The notes beneath the pieces were generated by a model, which was given only the letters and a program-made list of their open reading frames with translations, made no database searches and was not told the origin of the DNA. The translations under genes were made by a program, and so were the position numbers. From contig DTUG01000179.1 in assembly GCA_012964275.1 (NCBI GenBank), positions 1 through 34,251 on the forward strand: 34,251 nt of DNA, in the 5' to 3' direction. Origin of the DNA: Fidelibacterota bacterium (GTDB taxonomy: Bacteria; Fidelibacterota; Marinisomatia; Marinisomatales; UBA1611). Positions 8,699-16,206 of this stretch are shown here, piece by piece (position 1 is the first letter of the stretch; every line of letters starts with the position of its first letter).

Positions 8699-9832
8699 AT
8701 GAAATTTTCATTAACAAATACAGACGAAATCACATCCGCAAGGACAGGCATTTTAGAAACTGGTCATGGTTCTATCGAAACACCTGTATTCATGCCTGTT
8801 GGGACAGTGGGTGCTGTAAAAACTTTCGCGCCCCATGAACTGGAAGGCTTGGGTGCCCAGATTATCATTGGAAATACGTATCATCTTTATCTGCGGCCTG
8901 GAACAGATGTTATACATCAAGCAGGCGGATTGCAAAAGTTCATTAACTGGTCGAAACCAATTTTAACAGATAGTGGCGGTTTCCAGGTCTTTTCTTTAGC
9001 TCGATTGAATAAGATAACAGATGATGGGGTGGAATTCCAATCTCATCTGGATGGCAGTAGGCATACCATGACACCAGAAATATCCATGGAGATCCAGCGA
9101 AACCTAGGTGCCGACATTATTATGGCCTTTGATGAGTGTCCACCGGGTAATGCGGATAAAAAATCCATCAAGTCAGCCGTAGTTCGTACCGCTAAATGGA
9201 TGAAAAAATGCAAAGTTTTTCTTGATGAAAATCCACCCCTTTATAATTATGAACAAACACTTTTTCCAATTATTCAGGGAGCAGTGGATAAAGATTTGCG
9301 TAAAGCAAGCACTGATGAATTGATGCCTTATTCTTCATGCGGAATGGCCATTGGTGGCCTGGCTGTAGGAGAAGAAAAAAATGCTATGCTTGATACAATT
9401 GAACAGTGTGATGGTCTTCTGCCGAAGGATCAACCACGATATCTTATGGGTGTAGGGCGACCATCGGATCTGATTAATGCAGTCAGCCGGGGCATGGATA
9501 TGTTTGACTGTGTTATGCCAACCCGTAATGGACGTAATGGGCAAATTTTTTCAGGTATGGGTATTATCAATATTAATAATGAAAAATACAGAAAGGATTT
9601 TTCACCCATTGATGAAAACAATCCCCATGCTTTTGGTCGAATTTTCTCAAAAGCTTATCTTCGACATCTCTTCAATATCAATGAAATACTGGGTTTGAGG
9701 ATCGCATCTACATTGAACCTTGGATACTATCTGAATCTTATGACAATCATGAGACAAAAGATCCAGGCGGGTGATTTTAGTGCCTGGTCTAGGTCTTGGT
9801 TCAGAGACATGGAAGATAGGAAAGGGATGTAA
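8699..9832 (+). CDS. tgt: tRNA-guanine(34) transglycosylase
   Basis: ETPVFMPVGT, GNTYHL, LTDSGGFQVFSL, AFDEC, GGLAVGE, RYLMGVG, DMFDCVMPTRNGRNG. Confidence 0.97.
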   Translation: MKFSLTNTDEITSARTGILETGHGSIETPVFMPVGTVGAVKTFAPHELEGLGAQIIIGNTYHLYLRPGTDVIHQAGGLQKFINWSKPILTDSGGFQVFSLARLNKITDDGVEFQSHLDGSRHTMTPEISMEIQRNLGADIIMAFDECPPGNADKKSIKSAVVRTAKWMKKCKVFLDENPPLYNYEQTLFPIIQGAVDKDLRKASTDELMPYSSCGMAIGGLAVGEEKNAMLDTIEQCDGLLPKDQPRYLMGVGRPSDLINAVSRGMDMFDCVMPTRNGRNGQIFSGMGIININNEKYRKDFSPIDENNPHAFGRIFSKAYLRHLFNINEILGLRIASTLNLGYYLNLMTIMRQKIQAGDFSAWSRSWFRDMEDRKGM

Positions 9833-10293
9833 TGCCAAAAACAAAGATTCGCGTTGTTGATGCTTATGTATTCCGCCAAACGAAAAATGGTTTTCGGTTT
9901 TTACTATTAAAACGCGCTAGGACGAAGATGTATGAGCATCTTTGGCAGGGTGTAGCAGGTGAGATCGAAAAAGGTGAAAAAGCCTGGCAGACGGCGATCC
10001 GCGAGCTAAAAGAAGAAACAGGATTTGATCCGATACGAATATTTGTTGCGGATCATGTTAGCCGGTTTTATGAGACACATGGTGACCGCGTCAACCTGGT
10101 TCCTGTTTTTGGAATTGAAGTAGAAAATGGAGACGTAACCCTATCTAAAGAACATTGTGAATTTCAATGGGTTGATTTTGAGACTGCCAGAAACACTTTA
10201 GTCTGGAATGGGCAAAAGGAAGGCATTGCTGCTGTATTTGATATGTTAAATTCTAATGATGATAGAATCAAATGGTCAGAAGTAAAGATTTAA
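9832..10293 (+). CDS. NUDIX hydrolase, NudB (dihydroneopterin triphosphate diphosphatase)-like
   Basis: WQGVAGEIEKGE..WQTAIRELKEETG Nudix box and LSKEH motif like NudB (WQSVTG...LxEH); TAATG overlap with tgt. Confidence 0.75.
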   Translation: MPKTKIRVVDAYVFRQTKNGFRFLLLKRARTKMYEHLWQGVAGEIEKGEKAWQTAIRELKEETGFDPIRIFVADHVSRFYETHGDRVNLVPVFGIEVENGDVTLSKEHCEFQWVDFETARNTLVWNGQKEGIAAVFDMLNSNDDRIKWSEVKI

Positions 10294-10358
10294 CACGAAG
10301 ACCAACGAGAACTCAAAGTAATTTCTTGGAGAACTTTTTATTTTAAAAAGGAAATAAT

Positions 10359-10814
10359 ATGTTAGAAGAAGGTACAAAAGCACCGGATTTCACCATCGAT
10401 GACCAGGATGGTAATCCTGTTAGTTTAAATGATTTTGAAGGGCAGAAAATATTGCTCTGGTTTTATCCCAAAGCAAGCACCCCTGGATGAACGATCGAAG
10501 GTCAGGAGCTCCGGGATGAGTTCCAGAATTTTCAGGATAAAAATATTGCTGTACTGGGTATGAGTGCTGATTCTGTGACGAGACAGAAAAATTTTTGTGC
10601 TAAACAGGAATTTCCCTACCAGTTGCTATCGGATCCAGATAAAGAAACTATCCGTGCATACAAGGCGATTGGGATGAAAAAAATGTATGGCAAGGAGTAT
10701 GAGGGCATCCTGCGTATTTCTTATATTATTGATGAAAATGGAATGATTGAAATAGCCTATCCAAAAGTGCAGCCCAAGGAGCACGCACAACAGGTTCTGG
10801 CCGATCTTGCTTGA
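10359..10814 (+). CDS. bcp: Peroxiredoxin BCP/PrxQ, selenocysteine-containing (UGA at codon 44)
   Basis: AAGGA RBS, then ATG 10359: MLEEGTKAPDFTIDDQDGNPVSLNDFEGQKILLWFYPKASTPG-TGA(10488-10490)-TIEGQELRD..., continuing in frame into the 10560 ORF (MSADS...LLSDPD...RISYIIDENG). The TGA occupies the peroxidatic Cys of the PxxxTxxC motif. Confidence 0.9.
10502..10527 (+). promoter_or_regulatory. Bacterial SECIS-like hairpin
   Basis: Stem GGAGCTC (10505-10511) / GAGTTCC (10518-10524) with one G-U pair; loop CGGGAT with G at loop position 2; 21 nt between UGA and the loop; extendable by TC/GA pairs. Confidence 0.75.
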
Positions 10815-10831
10815 TTAATAATTCGCACTGA

Positions 10832-11368
10832 ATGGATCAGATTGTTCTGGTCGCAACGTGGCTAATGCTGGGCTATGCTCTGGTTGGTAGCATTGATGGT
10901 GTTTATTATCATCTCTATAAATTTAAACTATATGCCCATCCGGAGTCTCGATATGAACACATACTGCATACCATTCGCGTCTTAACATTTCCATTGGTAT
11001 TATTATTATTGTTTGTAAAAAACTATGGCGGTATTTACCTATGGTTGGGAACGGGATTGGTTATAGTGGATTTGTTGGTGGAGACCCTAGACATATATTC
11101 CGAGGAGAAGAGCAGAAAACATCTCGGTGGTCTGCCTCGAACAGAATACTATATTCACATGATGACCAATGGGCTGCATTTTGCGTCCATGGCTATGATT
11201 ATTGCAGTCAAACCTCTTTTTGCGTGGAAATTGAATTCTGAAATAGTTCTGAATCCATATCCGGAATTCACATCAATGATTTCAGCCGTTATGATCCCCG
11301 GAATAGTTATTTTATTTTTCCTGCATGTGTATCTCTATCTTTTTCCTCAGGGAAAGTTAAAAATATGA
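10832..11368 (+). CDS. Hypothetical integral membrane protein with several His/acidic motifs
   Basis: About 5 hydrophobic segments; motifs DGVYYH, HPESRYEHILH, D..EE..R, GGLPRTEYYIH; begins 17 bp after bcp. Confidence 0.75.
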   Translation: MDQIVLVATWLMLGYALVGSIDGVYYHLYKFKLYAHPESRYEHILHTIRVLTFPLVLLLLFVKNYGGIYLWLGTGLVIVDLLVETLDIYSEEKSRKHLGGLPRTEYYIHMMTNGLHFASMAMIIAVKPLFAWKLNSEIVLNPYPEFTSMISAVMIPGIVILFFLHVYLYLFPQGKLKI

Positions 11369-11401
11369 TCTTTTTAAGCCTGAAACCTGCGTCCTTTTTA
11401 T

Positions 11402-12337
11402 TTATAACATTAGGTACAATGCGTCATCTCTAAACCCTATTTCATTTGCTTTATCATTTAGATAGCCCATCATTACTGAGTGTCCTTGAATTTTTAATTC
11501 AGATTTACCTTTTTCATAATGAGTAAGATGGACAGGTGAATCTCCTAGGCAAAATGCAGCAGTATTTTCCGGGCAGATCCCGAAATGATGATTCTCAAAT
11601 TCTTCCAGATTTTCCCAATCATTTCTAAGTTGAAAGCCATTTTTTTGATTCACATCAGAAAAAGAGAAGATTATATCGGGGTTAGACTCTGTGTATAAAC
11701 ACCCAGCATAAATCGGCAACATAGCTTTGAATACCACCCAGGCAGTAGAAACAGGCTGCAGATTACAGGATAATTTTGTCCTGACTTTGAGATCCAGGGC
11801 CTTTTGTATACTGTTTGTATTGACAAGCAGGTTATAATGCGACAAACGGATAGATTTATCCTTAGTAATAAAAACGAGTGCTTCATCGCTAAGCAGAGCT
11901 TTGTATTTGGGGTCGAAAAAGGTAGGAAAAGATTTAATCTCACTGATTAGGTTGATTTTTGCAGGGATTTTTTTTGCAAAATTTTTTATCTTATCAATAG
12001 GAATTATAATTTCGTTTTCTATAAGTACACCAATAGCCCCCAAGTGCCAAATTCCAAATAGCAGTATTTCTGTCTGTGGAAATTCCAGTTGCTGGATAAT
12101 AACCCGATCTTTCGGCTGGATACCCAGCCCATCCAGCCAATGAGCTGTTTGTTGAACAAATTCATAAAACCGAAGGTTGGTAATATTTTTCTTTTTGTAA
12201 ATAATCTGATCACTGAATTTGATATTCTGACCTTCGATTAGTGACTGGGTACTGGGATAGGGGACCATATATTCAATAGGCTCAACATTACCGATGCACT
12301 GCGCTCGATAGATTCGATCAGCAAGACTGGCTGTCAT
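11402..12337 (-). CDS. Truncated/degenerate AMP-binding (adenylate-forming superfamily) protein
   Basis: Recognisable segments LGIQPKDRV, LGAIGV, IRLSHYNLLVN, ELKIQGHSVMMGYLND; lacks the TSGTTGxPKG loop, the TGD motif and the C-terminal domain; intact 311-aa ORF. Confidence 0.7.
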   Translation of the reverse strand: MTASLADRIYRAQCIGNVEPIEYMVPYPSTQSLIEGQNIKFSDQIIYKKKNITNLRFYEFVQQTAHWLDGLGIQPKDRVIIQQLEFPQTEILLFGIWHLGAIGVLIENEIIIPIDKIKNFAKKIPAKINLISEIKSFPTFFDPKYKALLSDEALVFITKDKSIRLSHYNLLVNTNSIQKALDLKVRTKLSCNLQPVSTAWVVFKAMLPIYAGCLYTESNPDIIFSFSDVNQKNGFQLRNDWENLEEFENHHFGICPENTAAFCLGDSPVHLTHYEKGKSELKIQGHSVMMGYLNDKANEIGFRDDALYLML

Positions 12338-12346
12338 ATATTGAGT

Positions 12347-12970
12347 TTATTTGTCTGGCTTGATCTTGCGTATAGATTCAAAAATGTTTGTGATCTTTGT
12401 GTAATTATTTCCTGCGAGTCGGCCTACTGGATTTAATTTTTCTAGATTAATCCTCCCGTTTTCGTACACGCCGTCATCAATATGGAACATGACAATGATT
12501 CCCATGACAACAAATCCACTTCCGGGAGATCCATCACCCACTTCTACAACCTGATAAAGTTTACATTCAAAACTGATCTGTGATTCTTGAACAAGGGGTG
12601 GTTTTACCTTTTGGGATGGGCCGGGGGTAAGCCCGGATTCATCAAATTCATTAATGGTCGGGTCAAAATCCGTGGCACATGTTACCATCTGATCAACAAA
12701 TCCTTCTGAAACAATATTGACCACAAATTCGTGTGTGTCCTGTATATTCTGTAATGTATCCTTGATTCCGCCATCGTATCCGCGGCGCCCTGGAGCAAAC
12801 ATTATAGTAGGCGGATTTGAGCAAACACCATTGAAATAGGAAAAAGGAGCCAGGTTTAGAATTCCATTTTTAGATATAGTAGATACAAAGGCGATTGGTC
12901 GGGGGACGATGGATCCGATCATCAATTTATGGGATTCTTTGAATGGATGCTCAGCAGGATCAAACAGCAT
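12347..12970 (-). CDS. Flavin reductase-like FMN-binding protein (DIM6/NTAB/flavoredoxin family)
   Basis: IVPRPIAFVST, NLAPFSYFN, KDTLQNI, EFVVN, VGRLAGNNY. Confidence 0.9.
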   Translation of the reverse strand: MLFDPAEHPFKESHKLMIGSIVPRPIAFVSTISKNGILNLAPFSYFNGVCSNPPTIMFAPGRRGYDGGIKDTLQNIQDTHEFVVNIVSEGFVDQMVTCATDFDPTINEFDESGLTPGPSQKVKPPLVQESQISFECKLYQVVEVGDGSPGSGFVVMGIIVMFHIDDGVYENGRINLEKLNPVGRLAGNNYTKITNIFESIRKIKPDK

Positions 12971-12975
12971 GGATA

Positions 12976-14118
12976 TTATAGCCAGGAAGATGGGTAATCA
13001 CTATCATCCACTGCTTTAGCCTGAGTTGTAATTTGAAGGGGTTTGAAAGTATCAATCATCACAGCCAGTTCATTGGTTTCCTTTGCACCCAATGATTCCT
13101 TGATCTTGCCGGGCTGGGGGCCATGAGGCAATCCCCCAGGATGAAAAGTTATAGAACCATCTTCCATACCTTTACGGCTCATAAAATTTCCTTTTACATA
13201 ATAGAGAATTTCATCCGAGTCTACGTTACTGTGAGCGTAGGGTGCAGGCACAGCATGGGGATGGTAATCATATAGGCGGGGGACAAAATTACAGATGACC
13301 AATCCCGGTGCTTGGAACACCTGATGGACCGGTGGAGGTTGATGCACCTTACCAGTGATGGGCATGAAATCATTTATATTAAAGACCCAGGGAAAAAAGT
13401 AACCATCCCACCCTATGATATCAAAGGGATGGGTTCGATATTCATAGGATTGATAGCCATCTTGGAGCCTAACCTTAACATTGACTGGACCATCAGTTTT
13501 GGGTTTCATATACTCAGGAGTGCGTATATCTCGTTCGGAGAGAGGGGAACTTTCCAGGAGTTGCCCATGTCTGTTTCGGTACCGTGAGGGTGTTTCCACA
13601 GGACCTGAAGTTTCTATAATAATCTGCTTCATAGGTTCATTGATTTCAAGTTGCCAGATAACCCCCCGTGGGATTATTGTATAATCACCAGGTCCCAAGT
13701 TTAACCTTCCAAAATTGGAATGTAGAAAACCTTTGCCTTCGTGGATAAAAATCACCTCGTCGTGATGACCATTTCGATAATATATATCCATGGAAGCGTT
13801 CACATGGGCTTTATAGAATTTGACGTCACTATTAAAGAAAAGGGGTATCCGAGCACTGATTGCATCCCCGGTAGAATTTAAGTTGTGGGTAAAAAGATGG
13901 TGATGACGATGTTCTTTTTTCCAGGGAACCAAACTAATTTGTCGAAATTTTCCAACTTTAGATACAGCCGTAGGCGGATTTATATGATAGACATTAGAAT
14001 AGATCCAACCGAACCCTTCACGGCTGATCAATTCTTCCCAGTAGAGGTCGCCTGATTCGTCGTAAAACTGGATATGCCGTTTTTCTGGTATCTGTCCTCT
14101 TTTTTGATAGAATGGCAT
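12976..14118 (-). CDS. hmgA: Homogentisate 1,2-dioxygenase
   Basis: HPFDIIGWDG, HQPPPVH, CNFVPR, PYAHSNVDSDE, HPGGLPHGPQPG, ELAVMIDTF. Confidence 0.95.
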   Translation of the reverse strand: MPFYQKRGQIPEKRHIQFYDESGDLYWEELISREGFGWIYSNVYHINPPTAVSKVGKFRQISLVPWKKEHRHHHLFTHNLNSTGDAISARIPLFFNSDVKFYKAHVNASMDIYYRNGHHDEVIFIHEGKGFLHSNFGRLNLGPGDYTIIPRGVIWQLEINEPMKQIIIETSGPVETPSRYRNRHGQLLESSPLSERDIRTPEYMKPKTDGPVNVKVRLQDGYQSYEYRTHPFDIIGWDGYFFPWVFNINDFMPITGKVHQPPPVHQVFQAPGLVICNFVPRLYDYHPHAVPAPYAHSNVDSDEILYYVKGNFMSRKGMEDGSITFHPGGLPHGPQPGKIKESLGAKETNELAVMIDTFKPLQITTQAKAVDDSDYPSSWL

Positions 14119-14124
14119 GGCGAA

Positions 14125-15111
14125 TTATACGATTTTGTTTTCTAAAACACCCAATTGTTCTACTTCCATCCGAACCACATCACCCTTTTGTATCCATCCA
14201 CCAGTATTTTCCGGCCGGAGTTCAAGGATGCATCCCGTACCAACTGTTCCGGATCCAAGATAATCGCCGGGCAACAGGTTTGTATTCATGGAAGCACGCT
14301 CGATCATTTTGGTGAATGGATGGTAAAGATCGTTTGTGTTCCCATCAGATATAAGGTTACCATTCACATGGCAGGTCATACGGAGATTTAGTCTTCCTTT
14401 ATCATCCCAGTTATGTTCCAATTCGTCGGGGGTCACCATGTAAGGGCCAAAACTGGATGCAAAATCTTTTCCTTTGGCCGGGCCAAGGTTCATGGCCATT
14501 TCTTCCCGTTGCAGGTCTCGTGCTGACCAGTCATTACAGATCGTGTAACCAGCAATGTATCTATCCGCGTCTTTTTGGTTGATGTCTGACCCGCCTTTGG
14601 CGATGATGACAGCGAATTCCAATTCAAAATCCAGTTCTTCTGTACCCCTTGGATAAGGGACATCTTCACCGTGTCCGTATAGTGCTGCAGGATTTGAAAA
14701 ATAGAATATAGCGATCTTGAACCAGTCCGGGTGCATTTCCAGTCCACGGAGTTTTCTTGCAGATTTCACGTGTTGTTCAAAGGCATAAAAATCACGGAAA
14801 GATTGCGGGTTTGGGACAGGAGGTAATAGTTGTACACCATCTTCCAAAACGGCAATGGGTTTTCCACCACCGGTATGAGATTGAATATTCATGTCCGGCA
14901 AAGAAGCATCCAATTCTTTCAATTTGGTGAAATTGGTATCCCAATTCTCCAATGTATTTTTCAGCGTAGACGGGATTTCAAGGAAGCTGGAATCACCTTT
15001 ATTTTCATTCACCCATATCGCAGCCCTGATCATATCTATTATATATTCATCTTTTTTAAAACCAAATCTGGATTGAGCCCCACCTTCCAGGTTGTAAGTC
15101 ACAAATTTCAT
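14125..15111 (-). CDS. fahA: Fumarylacetoacetate hydrolase family protein (fumarylacetoacetase by context)
   Basis: RDFYAFEQH, LDFELE, NDWSARDLQ, GPAKGKDF, PGDYLGSGT; located between hppD and hmgA. Confidence 0.88.
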   Translation of the reverse strand: MKFVTYNLEGGAQSRFGFKKDEYIIDMIRAAIWVNENKGDSSFLEIPSTLKNTLENWDTNFTKLKELDASLPDMNIQSHTGGGKPIAVLEDGVQLLPPVPNPQSFRDFYAFEQHVKSARKLRGLEMHPDWFKIAIFYFSNPAALYGHGEDVPYPRGTEELDFELEFAVIIAKGGSDINQKDADRYIAGYTICNDWSARDLQREEMAMNLGPAKGKDFASSFGPYMVTPDELEHNWDDKGRLNLRMTCHVNGNLISDGNTNDLYHPFTKMIERASMNTNLLPGDYLGSGTVGTGCILELRPENTGGWIQKGDVVRMEVEQLGVLENKIV

Positions 15112-16206
15112 TTAAAGGTTTCCTCTTCTTTCTTGTTCTCTTTCAATGGATTCAAATAATGCTCTAAAGTTGCCCTTTCCAAAACTGTTGGAGCCTTTCC
15201 GTTGGATGACCTCAAAGAAAAGGGTAGGTCGATCTTGGAGTGGCTGGGTGAAGATTTGGAGCATATAACCATTCTTATCTACATCCACCAGGATACCCAA
15301 ATCCGCCAGCGTTTCAACATCTTCCTCGATTGGGCCAACTCTATCGGTCAGGTTATCATAATAAGTTCTTGGGGTAGGAAGAAAATCCACACCGTTCTCC
15401 CGCATCATTCTCACGGTGGAAATGATGTCTCGTGTGGACATGGCCAAATGCTGGACACCGCCAGTTTCATAATAATCAATAAACTCCTGGATTTGTGATT
15501 TCTTCAGACCATCCGCTGGTTCATTGATGGGCATCTTTACGACTTCATTATCATTGGCCATCACAATAGAACGCAGGGCAGAATATTCGGTGTTGATATC
15601 CTTGTCATCCACACTCCAGAATCGGTGCCAGCCAAAAACCTTCTCATAAAAATCACAAACGGGCTGCATATCGCCATCGGGCTGATTTCCAACAACATGG
15701 TCAATATGAACCAGCCCTGTTGAATCAACTTTCAATCCAAAATCATTAGATTCAAAACCAGGGAGAAATGAACCTATATAATTATTCCGCTCCACAAATG
15801 TATGGATCGTGTCGCCGAATGTTTCAATGGCAGAAACAACGGCTTCGCCATCATCATCCTTGATCTCATTCGGCTCCATGGCACTTTTGGCGCCACGCTC
15901 CAATGATGTTTTCCATGCTGCTTCTGCATCGTTTACCCTAAAAGCGACATCTTTGACACCATCACCGTGACGATCAATGTGTTTGCCAATTTCCGTATTT
16001 TTCTCCAGAGGAGAGGTAATAACCAGGTTGATTCTGTCTTGGTTCAAAACATAACTGACCCTGTCACGAGTTCCGGTTTCCAAGCCACGGTAAGCCACCG
16101 GCTGAAACCCCATTGTGGTCCGGTAATAGTAGGCAGTCTGTTTTGCATTGCTTACGTAGAATTCGCAATGGTCAAATTCTTTGATCGAGTAATTTAAATC
16201 GCCGAT
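15112..16206 (-). CDS. hppD: 4-hydroxyphenylpyruvate dioxygenase (probable start at ATC 16206, not ATG 16113)
   Basis: HGDGVKDVAF, IDHVVGN, KMPINEP, SQIQEF, GVQHLA, LQIFT, FFEVIQR, FGKGNFRALFESIE. The conserved N-terminal DHxEFYVxNAKQ segment lies upstream of ATG 16113, in frame. Confidence 0.93.
   Translation of the reverse strand: MGDLNYSIKEFDHCEFYVSNAKQTAYYYRTTMGFQPVAYRGLETGTRDRVSYVLNQDRINLVITSPLEKNTEIGKHIDRHGDGVKDVAFRVNDAEAAWKTSLERGAKSAMEPNEIKDDDGEAVVSAIETFGDTIHTFVERNNYIGSFLPGFESNDFGLKVDSTGLVHIDHVVGNQPDGDMQPVCDFYEKVFGWHRFWSVDDKDINTEYSALRSIVMANDNEVVKMPINEPADGLKKSQIQEFIDYYETGGVQHLAMSTRDIISTVRMMRENGVDFLPTPRTYYDNLTDRVGPIEEDVETLADLGILVDVDKNGYMLQIFTQPLQDRPTLFFEVIQRKGSNSFGKGNFRALFESIEREQERRGNL

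Noticed and set aside
10359-10559. bcp as a pseudogene or split gene
   Set aside because: The single stop is TGA precisely at the catalytic Cys, the frame is preserved and a SECIS-like hairpin follows; Sec recoding is more parsimonious.
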